A stretch of 64,000 nt of DNA. Source: Pseudomonadota bacterium (GTDB taxonomy: Bacteria > Pseudomonadota > Alphaproteobacteria > RF32 > CAG-239). The first letter of the stretch is position 1. Each line of letters starts with the position of its first letter. Shown here piece by piece: positions 28,983-38,623 of this stretch. The position numbers and the translations under genes are program-made. The notes beneath the pieces were generated by a model. That model saw only the letters and a program-made list of their open reading frames with translations, made no database searches and was not told the origin of the DNA. The stretch lies in assembly GCA_918234285.1 (NCBI GenBank), contig CAKJXZ020000003.1:64001-128000 (forward strand), given 5' to 3'.

Positions 28983-30042
28983 CTTTTGCTCCCGCCTTGT
29001 ACAAAATCGCCACCCGTGCCTTATGCGGAATTTTCCGATTTTGAAATTGCCGATTCGCCGCAACAAAATCCTTCCATGCGGCACGGCTCGATTTACGCTT
29101 TGCCGTCAACTCCGGCACAACCCAAATTTTATCGTATGCCTTAAAAATTTCTTTCCCGCCGAGAGTAAGCCCTGCAAACGGCAGTTTCTGTATGTGCTTG
29201 AGGGCATTAAGCAATCTTTCGGCGCGCGGAATATATTCACGCCGACACAAGCGTGCCAAAATCCTGAACTTGATTTCGTCGTGCCAGTTTAAAAAATCCG
29301 TATATTTAAAGCAATACACAGCATCGTCGATTGATTGCACCTGACCGGCAAAAACTTCATCGGCTTGCTTTTCGATATAATCTTCCGCACTTTGTAACCT
29401 CTTTGCCGTTTGCGCCAAACATTCGGCCGAAATCTGTGTTGCTGCTTCCAATTGCGGCAAAAAAGCCCGGATCGAATTACGCAGATAACGCTTATCAAAA
29501 TTGGATTCGTCCTGCACCCATTCAACCCCTTTTTGCCGCAGATAGGCCCGCATTACTTCCGGCTTAACCTGCAAAAGCGGCCGCAAAATCGACACTCCGT
29601 TGCGGTTGCTGATTTCGCGCATACAACACAGACCTTCGAGCCCGCTGCCGCGTTGCAAACGCATTAAAAACGTTTCGGCCTGGTCTTGCAAATGATGCGC
29701 CGTCAGCAAAAACTCAACCTTGTTTTGCCGACACCATTCGGTCAGCAACTTATAGCGAGCAGTCCGCGCCGCCTCTTCTATTCCCGTAGTCGGTTTGGTT
29801 CCTTGCCAATACAAAATATGATGTTCGATTCCGTATTGTTGCATAATTTTTGCCACATATCGCGCCTCCTCTTCCGAACTCGGGCGCAACCCGTGACTGA
29901 CTGTCAGCGCAATTATTTCATAACCGAAAACCGCTAATTGCTCTTTAGCCATTAAAACAAGCGCCAGAGAATCGGCGCCGCCCGATACGGCTACGGCGAT
30001 TCTCTGGGCCTTAATTTTATATTTTGCGAAAAATTCCTGCAA
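28972..30042 (-). CDS. tilS: tRNA(Ile)-lysidine synthetase
   Basis: AVSGGADSLAL, AARTARY, TAHHLQDQAET, RPLL, DESN...RN..R. Confidence 0.93.
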   Translation of the reverse strand: MQEFFAKYKIKAQRIAVAVSGGADSLALVLMAKEQLAVFGYEIIALTVSHGLRPSSEEEARYVAKIMQQYGIEHHILYWQGTKPTTGIEEAARTARYKLLTEWCRQNKVEFLLTAHHLQDQAETFLMRLQRGSGLEGLCCMREISNRNGVSILRPLLQVKPEVMRAYLRQKGVEWVQDESNFDKRYLRNSIRAFLPQLEAATQISAECLAQTAKRLQSAEDYIEKQADEVFAGQVQSIDDAVYCFKYTDFLNWHDEIKFRILARLCRREYIPRAERLLNALKHIQKLPFAGLTLGGKEIFKAYDKIWVVPELTAKRKSSRAAWKDFVAANRQFQNRKIPHKARVAILYKAGAKDDL

Positions 30043-30999
30043 TTATTTATATCCGTGCAGAACCTCTTTACAGTTGAGTTTAATTTTCTCAACATTTACC
30101 TTGCTCTTCAGCTCGGCATTTGCCTTCGGATATTCTTCATCAAAGTTCATCAAAACCAGACAAGCACGATGACTATCGTCCAGCAATACAAAAGTCGTAC
30201 CTAAACGGTACAGACTGTCTGCACCTTTGTTACCGTTCTTATAGTTATCGTAACCGTCTTTGAAGGCAACCTTAGCCTTGCTGTAATTACCGCGCTTCAA
30301 ATAAACTTCGCCGAGCCAATACTGCGCATTGCTGGCCAAAGCATGGTTTGGAAAACGCTCCAAAATATCTTCATAAGCAATTTCTGCCTCGTCATACAAA
30401 CCGGCATTATATGCTTTCATGGCATTATTATAAATGGTTTGCGCATCGTCGGCAGGCGCTTTCGGTGCCGGTGCCGGAGCAGGTTTCGGCGCGGCTGCTT
30501 TTGGAGCCGGTGCCGGAGCAGGTTTCGGTGCGGCTGCTTTCGGAGCCGGTTTTTCCAACGGAGCTAAATCCTTACCTTTGATTTTGTCGCCGGCAACGGA
30601 CTCGGCCGCATCTTTAGCCACCGGTGCGTTATAAACCGTCGGGAACCTCGGAACCGGTGCGCTTAAACTATCCGGAATCGGGCGACCTTCCAAAATTTTC
30701 AGGCGAATTTCCATATCGCGATTATATTTTTCGATTTTATCGTTATTCTCTTTGAGTTTATGATCCAACTCGTCCAAACGTCCGTTCAGTTTGCGAATCG
30801 CTTCATCATATTCACCGATTTTTCCCTGAACATCACCGTTTGCCGAAGCCTTTCTTTCGTTCTCGCGATATAATTGACGTTGTAAAATCGTCACGTCTTC
30901 GCGTAAATTGGCAACTTCACGAGCCAAGTCAGCAGCGGAAGCAACATCAGCCAACATTACCCCGCACAAAGAAATCATACATAATTTAATAAGTTTCAT
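30043..30999 (-). CDS. cpoB: Tol-Pal system protein CpoB/YbgF
   Basis: Signal peptide, coiled coil, Pro/Ala linker with a 39-bp tandem repeat, TPR NAQYWLGE; lies between pal and tilS. Confidence 0.85.
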   Translation of the reverse strand: MKLIKLCMISLCGVMLADVASAADLAREVANLREDVTILQRQLYRENERKASANGDVQGKIGEYDEAIRKLNGRLDELDHKLKENNDKIEKYNRDMEIRLKILEGRPIPDSLSAPVPRFPTVYNAPVAKDAAESVAGDKIKGKDLAPLEKPAPKAAAPKPAPAPAPKAAAPKPAPAPAPKAPADDAQTIYNNAMKAYNAGLYDEAEIAYEDILERFPNHALASNAQYWLGEVYLKRGNYSKAKVAFKDGYDNYKNGNKGADSLYRLGTTFVLLDDSHRACLVLMNFDEEYPKANAELKSKVNVEKIKLNCKEVLHGYK

Positions 31000-31101
31000 T
31001 TTCTACCTCGTTATTTGTTTTGCTATATGTTTTATAACGATTTTTTTCCGATATGACAAGTGTTTGCATAAATATACACAGTTTCATACTTCCGACAAAA
31101 G

Positions 31102-31518
31102 TCATTTAACAACCGTATAAAACAAAATAAGACCTAGCAATCTGCATATTAAAACGCAGACCAACAAGAAAAATAACGGAGCAATCAACGCCCCAAAAAA
31201 CACATTACCTTTAAACCGAGAATCACCGTCATCCGAATCGCCATCAGAACTGTTATCAGGAGTCTGACGCCCCTTTCCATATCTCCGCTTACTGTCTTCA
31301 TAAACACGAATTGCGTTGTCGCCGGAAAAATGATAACTGCACTTGATGCAAACAGCGGCATCCGGCGGTAAATTCGCCTTGCATTTATCGCATACTTTAT
31401 AAAATCGTTCGCCATTGTCATAAATTTTGCGACCGCATCTGGAGCATACTCGATACAGCAACAACCAGTATGTTGCAACTTCGCGCTGACAATGGAAACA
31501 ATAGTATCTTTTTTTCAT
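31102..31518 (-). CDS. Double zinc-ribbon membrane-anchored protein
   Basis: Four CxxC motifs and a C-terminal TM helix. Confidence 0.65.
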   Translation of the reverse strand: MKKRYYCFHCQREVATYWLLLYRVCSRCGRKIYDNGERFYKVCDKCKANLPPDAAVCIKCSYHFSGDNAIRVYEDSKRRYGKGRQTPDNSSDGDSDDGDSRFKGNVFFGALIAPLFFLLVCVLICRLLGLILFYTVVK

Positions 31519-31617
31519 GTGTTCCCTTTGGGTTGATTATTACAGACCGTAGAAAAAAACAAAAAAGACGCAACCGAATTAGTTGCGCCTTTTAATGGAT
31601 CTACCTTAAGTGTCGTA

Positions 31618-32082
31618 TTATTCAGCAGAGCTGACAACTGTAACGGCACGACGGTTTTGAGCCCAAGCTGCTTCGTTGCTGCCGAATACAGCCGGTCTTT
31701 CTTTACCGTAAGAAATCGTAGAGATTCTGTTTTCAGCAACACCTTGAGATACCAAGTAAGCTTTTACAGCGTTAGCACGGCGTTCACCCAATGCCAAGTT
31801 GTATTCGCGAGTACCTCTTTCATCGCAGTAACCTTGAACGATTACATTTACATCGTCATGGCTCTTCAACCAAGCTGCCTGAGTATCCAAAGCTGCGCGA
31901 GCTTCAGCTGACAAAGCAGAGCTGTCTGTGTCAAAGAATACGGTATCCGTTGTGTTTTCAGCGAAAGAACGAGCGAGTCTGGATTCGCAGTCAGCACCGC
32001 TGAACAGACCACCGTCCGCACCAAATACAGAACAACCCGATAAAGCTACAAGAGCTACGAACAAACTTAAAAGTTTTTTCAT
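31618..32082 (-). CDS. pal: Peptidoglycan-associated lipoprotein Pal
   Basis: Lipobox LSGC; DERGTREYNLALGERRA, SYGKERP, QNRR. Confidence 0.96.
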   Translation of the reverse strand: MKKLLSLFVALVALSGCSVFGADGGLFSGADCESRLARSFAENTTDTVFFDTDSSALSAEARAALDTQAAWLKSHDDVNVIVQGYCDERGTREYNLALGERRANAVKAYLVSQGVAENRISTISYGKERPAVFGSNEAAWAQNRRAVTVVSSAE

Positions 32083-32267
32083 TTTATTTTCTCCATATGG
32101 TTTTTTTAATATTTAATCGTATTGCTACGACCGTTTATTTAATTGTATAACAACTAATACATTGTTAACTTAGGTAATATTTGTAAATTTTTCAATAAGA
32201 AAAATAAAAAAATAGCAATAAAGTTAAAAACTGTGCATTATTTTTATATATTTTGGTTCTAAAAGGT

Positions 32268-34028
32268 CTATTTTTTCACCTTGTAAGCCGCGTCAACAAT
32301 GCTTTTTTGCTTTTCGATATCAAAATCGGCTTTAATGTTGAGTTGCGGAGCAACTGCGGTGATAATACTGCGCGTAATCGGCACCGCATTCCAACCGGCC
32401 GTGGTATAACCAAATGTTTCTTTACTGGCTTTCGGGTCATCAATCACCACCAGCAGTGCATATTTCGGATCAGACTGCGGAAATGCCGAAATAAACGACG
32501 AAATACTCTTACTATGATTATAATGCCCGTTTTCCAGCTTATCGGCGGTTCCGGTCTTACCCATTACCTGATACCCTTCAACGTTGGCACGTTTACCGGT
32601 ACCTCTGGTTACCACTGCCCGCAAGAGAGTGCGCATATTGTCGGAAGTTTGCTTAGAAACAATCCGTTTTCCCTTATGCTTATTATTATTTAAAAGCGTC
32701 GGCTGATGATACATTCCGCCGTTAACAATAGCAGAAAATGCCGTAATGATATGCAACGGAGTCGAAGAAATACCGTAGCCGTAGCTGATTGTTACCATCG
32801 AGGTTTCGCCCCAGTTTTTCTCGCTCAAGAACCATGGTTTGGCCAATTCCGGTAACTCAAATTCGGTCAGAGCCTTATCCATATTGATACTTTGTAAGAA
32901 CTTGCGCTGAAATTTTTTGCCGACCCGCATAATTTCCAGAGTCGAACCGATGTTCGACGACTCCACCAAAATATCTTCCGGCGTCAGATAACCGTGCGAA
33001 CCGTGCGGATCCGTAACCTTCAGGCGATGGACCTTAATCGGATGCGATGTATCGAATCGGTCGGTTATTTTAACCTTACCGCTTTCCAAGCTGAGTGCCG
33101 TATTAAATACCTTAAACACCGAGCCGGCCTCATAAATACCCTTGGTGGCAAAATTAAACATTTCGCGCTCGCCGAATTTGCTGTTTTCATTCGGGTCATA
33201 GTCCGGTACCGAAGTCATTGCCACAATTTGCCCGGTTTTAACATCCATCAGAATCGCGGCGCCGCCGGCGGCATTAAACTTTTGCACTCCGGCAATCAGT
33301 TCATCGCGAATCTGATTTTGAATCCCCAAATCAAGCGACAAATACAATGGTTTAGTCGAGGTTGTCAAACGCTCGTTCATTGATTTTTCGATACCGGCGA
33401 TACCGTTGTTATCAACATCGGTACTGCCCAAAACATGCGCAAACAGATTCTTGTGCGGATAAACCCGCTTTTCGCAATTTTCAAATTCCAATCCCGGAAT
33501 ACCGAGATTATTGACTTGCGATTGCTGCGCCGGCGAAAGGTTACGTTTCAAATAGATAAACGCCCCCTTGCGATTGAGGCGCTTTAAGAAATATTCATAC
33601 GAATCGTCCGGAAAGATTTCGCTCAAGGTTGCGGCCACATCTTCCGGATGACGAATTTTTTTGGTATTGGCATACAAATTCTTGGTCGGCAGAGAGGTAG
33701 CGATGACTTCGCCGTTGCGGTCCATAATATCGGCACGTTTGACCGTGTTGTTGAAATGAATGATATCATCGTCGGACATCTCAACCAGAGCCGTGTCGAT
33801 ATTGATGCCGTTGCCTAAACACACATAGGTTACGCGCGCGCACAAAATCAAATAAACCGCGGCAAAACAACAAAGCGCAAACAATGTACGCTGACGGCAA
33901 GTCAGCACGTTATCATTTTCGGTAGTATAGCTTTTAGAGGTAATCGCACGTCGCGAAATCTTTATCTCCTGTCCCGGGAGATAAATTTTTTCTTCCTTAC
34001 GTTTAGAAAAACTGACGTTAAACCCCAT
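32268..34028 (-). CDS. ftsI: Penicillin-binding protein 3 (FtsI)
   Basis: RADIMDRNG, GSVFK (SxxK), SSN, KTGT; dcw cluster position. Confidence 0.93.
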   Translation of the reverse strand: MGFNVSFSKRKEEKIYLPGQEIKISRRAITSKSYTTENDNVLTCRQRTLFALCCFAAVYLILCARVTYVCLGNGINIDTALVEMSDDDIIHFNNTVKRADIMDRNGEVIATSLPTKNLYANTKKIRHPEDVAATLSEIFPDDSYEYFLKRLNRKGAFIYLKRNLSPAQQSQVNNLGIPGLEFENCEKRVYPHKNLFAHVLGSTDVDNNGIAGIEKSMNERLTTSTKPLYLSLDLGIQNQIRDELIAGVQKFNAAGGAAILMDVKTGQIVAMTSVPDYDPNENSKFGEREMFNFATKGIYEAGSVFKVFNTALSLESGKVKITDRFDTSHPIKVHRLKVTDPHGSHGYLTPEDILVESSNIGSTLEIMRVGKKFQRKFLQSINMDKALTEFELPELAKPWFLSEKNWGETSMVTISYGYGISSTPLHIITAFSAIVNGGMYHQPTLLNNNKHKGKRIVSKQTSDNMRTLLRAVVTRGTGKRANVEGYQVMGKTGTADKLENGHYNHSKSISSFISAFPQSDPKYALLVVIDDPKASKETFGYTTAGWNAVPITRSIITAVAPQLNIKADFDIEKQKSIVDAAYKVKK

Positions 34029-34029
34029 T

Positions 34030-34401
34030 TTATTTCTTCTTAACTTCTGCTTTTACCAAGGTTGTTACACTTTTTTTATTCACGTGTACCGAATTGGAGT
34101 CGGTGTTATCTTCATAGTTAAAGTGTAACGCAGAATAGTTAATAATTTGTTCAGGTTTTGCATTTTCTAAAGATAATTGTTCTTGAGCTAATTTGCGCAG
34201 ACGTTCCGGAGTGTTGTGGTGGCTCCATTCGGCTTTCAAAACGTGGATTTCATCAATATCACGCTGAATATTGCTGTTAATGTTGGCAAGCTGACGCTCA
34301 AGCCCTTGCACCTTGTTTTTCAACACGGAAGAACCGAACGCTACCACCAACGTTACCGTAAACCATAAAACAACCATTGCCGTTTTGATGCTTCCACCCA
34401 T
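34030..34401 (-). CDS. ftsL: Cell division protein FtsL
   Basis: TM helix plus coiled coil, LKAEWS...PERL..LA; between rsmH and ftsI. Confidence 0.85.
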   Translation of the reverse strand: MGGSIKTAMVVLWFTVTLVVAFGSSVLKNKVQGLERQLANINSNIQRDIDEIHVLKAEWSHHNTPERLRKLAQEQLSLENAKPEQIINYSALHFNYEDNTDSNSVHVNKKSVTTLVKAEVKKK

Positions 34402-34407
34402 AGCCGC

Positions 34408-35322
34408 TTATCTCCTTATCGCAAATCTCAGTTTTGCCGAGCGTGCCCGCGGATTATTAAAACACTCCGCCGCCGTCGGCATAATTGCTTTTGAAACTTC
34501 TTTAAACACACTGTCATCTTGCGCCAATTCCGGCGCATACTTGGAAATACGGACTTTTTTGCCGCCGTTTTCCTTCATATAATTCTTAACGATTCGATCT
34601 TCGAGCGAATGGAAATCCACTACCACTAGACGACCGCCGGAAATCAACCGATTCGTTGCCCCTTGCAAACCACGCTCCAACTCCCCCAATTCATCATTGA
34701 CCGCTATACGCAGAGCCTGAAAAGTCCGAGTCGCCGGATCAATTTCACCGGCATGTTTATGAATAACCGTATAAACAATTTCCGCCAATTCGGTTGTGGT
34801 TTCGATTTTCTTGTGTCGACGATATTCGACGATTCGCGCCGCAATTTGTCGCGATTTTCTCTCTTCACCGTACTGATACAAAATATCAGCCAGTTCCCTT
34901 TCTCCATAATAATTAACAATATCTTTTGCACTCTCGCCTTCGCAAGACATCCGCATATCCAGTTCGGCTTCCTTGGCAAACGAGAATCCGCGTTCGGCAT
35001 TATCGAGTTGCATTGAGGAAACACCGATATCAAAAACCGCTCCACCGATTCGTTCCGGCACCAGCTCGGCAAAATCTCCGAATTTTCCGGCCCGAAATTC
35101 AAAACGCGAATCGTAAAGATTCCTAAATTCATTGGCTCGCACCATCACATTCGGATCACGGTCAAGCGCAATAACTTTGCACGGTGCCGCTTCCAAAATC
35201 GCCTGGGTGTAGCCGCCGTTACCAAATGTAGCATCAACATATATTTCGCCGGCCTTAGGCTGCAAATAAGTCAGCACTTCTTTTAGCATAACCGGAATAT
35301 GTTTCTGCCGCAGTGTTACCAT
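34408..35322 (-). CDS. rsmH: 16S rRNA m4C1402 methyltransferase RsmH
   Basis: HIPVM, DATFGNGGY, DIGVSSMQLD, FQALRIAVN, FHSLEDR, NPRARSAKLR. Confidence 0.96.
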   Translation of the reverse strand: MVTLRQKHIPVMLKEVLTYLQPKAGEIYVDATFGNGGYTQAILEAAPCKVIALDRDPNVMVRANEFRNLYDSRFEFRAGKFGDFAELVPERIGGAVFDIGVSSMQLDNAERGFSFAKEAELDMRMSCEGESAKDIVNYYGERELADILYQYGEERKSRQIAARIVEYRRHKKIETTTELAEIVYTVIHKHAGEIDPATRTFQALRIAVNDELGELERGLQGATNRLISGGRLVVVDFHSLEDRIVKNYMKENGGKKVRISKYAPELAQDDSVFKEVSKAIMPTAAECFNNPRARSAKLRFAIRR

Positions 35323-35789
35323 TATTCTTGCTCCTTCGGCGCTTTCAGCGTCGGTCTGTTTTTCATCACTTCGGCCCGAATCCGTGCTTCTTCTTTTTCC
35401 CAATTTTGCGGATTCCAAATCTGGAACTTGCGCCCTTTTCCCACAAACACCGCCGCATCGGTAATCTGTGCGTGTTTTAAGAGTTTTTCGGTCAGCATAA
35501 TCCGTCCGGTGCTGTCAAACGCAAAACGTTTGGCATCGCCGAAAATCAAATTGGTCAGATTATCTTGAGTTTCCGAAAAGAAGTCGGTGGCATTTTCGAT
35601 TTCGGTCGCCAGTTTATCAAGCGAATCCTCCAAACACCCCTCAATACAAGGCGCCGACAAACTGCGATAGCATACTATTTCGGTTGATAGTTCTTTGGCA
35701 ATGGCGCGGTAGTCAGCCGGAAGCGAAACGCGCCCTTTGGCGTCCACCTTGTTGAAAATCGTGTCCATAAACAGAAAGATTTTCCGCAT
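35322..35789 (-). CDS. mraZ: Transcriptional regulator MraZ
   Basis: DAKGRVSLP and DSTGRI repeats, FQIW. Confidence 0.92.
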   Translation of the reverse strand: MRKIFLFMDTIFNKVDAKGRVSLPADYRAIAKELSTEIVCYRSLSAPCIEGCLEDSLDKLATEIENATDFFSETQDNLTNLIFGDAKRFAFDSTGRIMLTEKLLKHAQITDAAVFVGKGRKFQIWNPQNWEKEEARIRAEVMKNRPTLKAPKEQE

Positions 35790-35823
35790 TTTTTGCCTTT
35801 CCTTACCGTTGCCTCACATTTAA

Positions 35824-35859
35824 ATGGTATAACATGGTATTTTATGGGATTCAATGGTA
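35824..35859. promoter_or_regulatory. MraZ-binding repeats
   Basis: ATGG(T/G)A four times at exact 10-bp spacing (35824, 35834, 35844, 35854) upstream of mraZ. Confidence 0.7.
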
Positions 35860-36110
35860 ATTTTTAGCATTTTATTAACTGTTCGTTTTTTGTTCTTGTA
35901 GGTTGCAATATATATTGAAAAATATTCTGTACTTTCAACATATTATAAAAGTGTAAAAAAATTTTAAAAAATTAACACCGCTTGTCCGTAACACTGTGGA
36001 AAATCACAAATTACCAAGTATACGCATATTTTTCAACGAATCGTCTTGACAGAATCGACGATTTTTGTTACTCTGTTTGGAAATTATCATTATTTACAAA
36101 TTTTTAGAGT

Positions 36111-36392
36111 ATGAAAAAAATTACAGTAAAAGACATGAGACAAGCCATTGTCTATGTCAACAACGGAAACTATGTCGGCAATCTCAATGACATTACCGAC
36201 GATGATTTGTTGGCCTGTGACTTCGGCCGCGACCTCAATATGGGTAACATCCGCGTTGCCAACGTTGTGATTGAGCTCGAGCGCCGTCACGGTTGGTTGG
36301 ATATCCCTCAGGAAATGTTCAAGCAGATGCCTGACAACACGGTCGGTGGCATGTTAGACACTATCAACAAGTGCATCCATGAAAAGGCTTGA
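36111..36392 (+). CDS. Acyl-carrier-protein-like protein lacking the phosphopantetheine Ser
   Basis: DFGRDLNMGNIRVANVVIELERRHG..IP...TVG...D.I pattern. Confidence 0.6.
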   Translation: MKKITVKDMRQAIVYVNNGNYVGNLNDITDDDLLACDFGRDLNMGNIRVANVVIELERRHGWLDIPQEMFKQMPDNTVGGMLDTINKCIHEKA

Positions 36393-36654
36393 ACTCGAGG
36401 ACGTCCGCACCGCCCTGTACGAAATGAACGTGCCGGAAGTGCATAACTTTGCGGGAGATGCTCTGCGCAGTGCCGATTTCTGGTTTGATTTGGGTATGGA
36501 TGAACGCGAAATCGCCTACCTGATTTCAAACCTGGAGATTGAGAAGAAGGTCAAGATTCCTGTGTATGTTTGGGACAGCCTCAGAGAAAAGAACACGGTG
36601 AATGTTCTGATTCACGGGGCCAACGGTCACCTGATAGATTTGGAAGAAAATTAA
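36379..36654 (+). CDS. Second ACP-like protein lacking the phosphopantetheine Ser
   Basis: ADFWFDLGMDEREIAYLISNLE....KIP...TV pattern; overlaps the first gene. Confidence 0.6.
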   Translation: MKRLELEDVRTALYEMNVPEVHNFAGDALRSADFWFDLGMDEREIAYLISNLEIEKKVKIPVYVWDSLREKNTVNVLIHGANGHLIDLEEN

Positions 36655-36706
36655 AAAACCCGGCAAGACTAACCTCTTGCCGCGTTTTTTATTTTTCGCT
36701 CTATTA

Positions 36707-36879
36707 AAGAAAAGTGTTGTTTTTTTAATAAGGCATAACATATTGATTTTCCGTCATTCTGAACAGACACTTTAGTGTCGTGTGAAGAATCCATTTCGTC
36801 CCAAGGACGAAACAACACCTGCGGTGTTGATGGATACTTCGGCTTTGCCTCAGTATGACATAAAAACAACACTTTTCTT
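36707..36879. mobile_element. MITE/REP-like element, copy 1 (terminal IR AAAAGTGTTGTT)
   Basis: 18-bp terminal IR enclosing CGTCATTCTG..GAAGAATCCA..TGGATACTTC..CAGTATGAC. Confidence 0.7.
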
Positions 36880-36913
36880 AAATTAAGCCTTATTTTTAAA
36901 GAACACACACACC

Positions 36914-37015
36914 AAAATCCGTAGAATGAGGTAAATACGAAGGGGGATTTTGACGACGTGTACACAAATAGTACACGAGGAACCCCCCCAAGTAGTTACC
37001 CATTATACGGATTTT
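36914..37015. repeat. RPE-like palindromic element at the cyclophilin stop codon
   Basis: AAAATCCGTA...TACGGATTTT hairpin with a CGTGTAC/GTACACG apex. Confidence 0.85.
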
Positions 37016-37621
37016 TTAGATGTCGGAGATAACGGATATGGCAATAATCTCATCCGGCTCATCAACCATTCCATTCGGTTCGCCGCCTTTTTTAAGCATA
37101 TCGACATATTCCATACCGGAAGTTACCTCGCCCCAAACGGTGTATTGACCATCAAGCCACGGACAGTCGGCATAGCAGATGAAGAACTGGCTGTCGGCCG
37201 AATCCGGCATCATGGCGCGCGCCATCGAGACAGTGCCGCGTTTGTGCGGAGTGCGATTAAATTCAGCCTTTAGTTTTTTACCGCTACCGCCGGTACCGTC
37301 GCCGCGCGGACATCCGGCCTGTGCCATAAACCCGTCAATTACCCGATGGAATTTCAGTCCGTTATAAAAGCCCTGTCGCACCAGTTCCTTAATCCGCGCC
37401 ACATGGTTAGGCGCCACATCCGGCAACATTTCAATCACAACATCGCCGTATTTGGTTTGCAACAACAAAGCATTATCGGCATCCTTAACTTTATACGAAT
37501 GTTTGATTTTCTTGGCTCTGGTTTCGCTCATCGCCAATCTTTTAGTTTCCTTGTTTTCCAAATTTTTAGTAGAAGGTTTGGAAAGATTTTTTGTTTTGTT
37601 TTTTTCCAATAAATCAGTCAT
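37016..37621 (-). CDS. Cyclophilin-type peptidyl-prolyl cis-trans isomerase
   Basis: AP.HV, FHRVIDGFMAQ, RGTVSMAR, SADSQFFI, LDGQYTVWG. Confidence 0.95.
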   Translation of the reverse strand: MTDLLEKNKTKNLSKPSTKNLENKETKRLAMSETRAKKIKHSYKVKDADNALLLQTKYGDVVIEMLPDVAPNHVARIKELVRQGFYNGLKFHRVIDGFMAQAGCPRGDGTGGSGKKLKAEFNRTPHKRGTVSMARAMMPDSADSQFFICYADCPWLDGQYTVWGEVTSGMEYVDMLKKGGEPNGMVDEPDEIIAISVISDI

Positions 37622-37662
37622 GTCAGCTTCCTTTCGTTTGTCTTTAAGTTTTATTTAGGAAG

Positions 37663-38619
37663 TTATTTTGCATTATTCAAGACGTAATCAACTCTTTCTT
37701 GCGCCGACAACCCCAGCGGGTAGTGTTTATCGACATTTTTGATGACTTCCTTAAGCCCGCGGCAGTTGGCAATCTGAATAGCCAACCCCGGCCGCGCATT
37801 AAGTTCCAGCATCATCGGACCGCGGAATTTATCCAAAACAATATCTGCGCCCAGATAGCCCAATCCGGTCATTTCATACGCCAACGCACCGATCATCAGA
37901 TGTTCGCGCCACATCGGCACTTGCAACGTCATTAAATCGGCACCGGTATCCGGATGTATGGCAATCGGCATATTGTGCGAAACCGCATTGTTGGCGTGAC
38001 CGGTACGCATATCCAAACCCACGCCGACGGCTCCTTGGTGCAAATTGGCTCTGCCGTCGGATTCTTTGGTGGCAAGTCGCATCATAGACATCACCGGATA
38101 TCCTTTATAAACGATTACGCGCACATCCGGAATTCCCTGATAACTGAAATTTTGAAATGCATCGCTGAAGTGCACCAACTCCTCAATCAGCGCCGTGTCA
38201 TACTGTCCGCCCAAACTGTACAATCCGCTCAAAATATTGGAAACGTGCTGATACACTTCCTTAAAACCGAGAGTTTTGCCGCTGGCAGTCGTAAATTCAT
38301 TGCCGGTAAAATGCTTAATTACCAACACACCCTTGCCCTGGCTGCCGTGCGCCGGTTTAATCACAAATTCTTCATGGCCGGCCACGATTTTCAGCAAATC
38401 CTTAACTTCGTACTGGTGCTCAATTACGCCTATTTTGTGCGGAGTATTGATGTTGATATTGTCGGCCAGCGTTTTGGTCTGTACTTTATCATCAACCAGC
38501 GGATAGAGCGAGCGTTTGTTGTTGCGTCCGATAATAAAGAAGTTACGTGCATTCATCCCCAAAACCCCGCGCTCGCGGAATTTTTTCGGATTGGAAAAGA
38601 TTTTGAAGTAATTCCACAT
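37663..38619 (-). CDS. Alpha-L-glutamate ligase-like ATP-grasp protein (RimK-related)
   Basis: LGMNARN, YPLVDDK, IKPAHGSQGKG, ANLHQGA, LELNARPGLAIQIAN. Confidence 0.9.
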   Translation of the reverse strand: MWNYFKIFSNPKKFRERGVLGMNARNFFIIGRNNKRSLYPLVDDKVQTKTLADNININTPHKIGVIEHQYEVKDLLKIVAGHEEFVIKPAHGSQGKGVLVIKHFTGNEFTTASGKTLGFKEVYQHVSNILSGLYSLGGQYDTALIEELVHFSDAFQNFSYQGIPDVRVIVYKGYPVMSMMRLATKESDGRANLHQGAVGVGLDMRTGHANNAVSHNMPIAIHPDTGADLMTLQVPMWREHLMIGALAYEMTGLGYLGADIVLDKFRGPMMLELNARPGLAIQIANCRGLKEVIKNVDKHYPLGLSAQERVDYVLNNAK

Positions 38620-38623
38620 TTTA

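Noticed and set aside
30457-30550. 39-bp tandem repeat in cpoB
   Set aside because: Ordinary Pro/Ala linker duplication, in frame.
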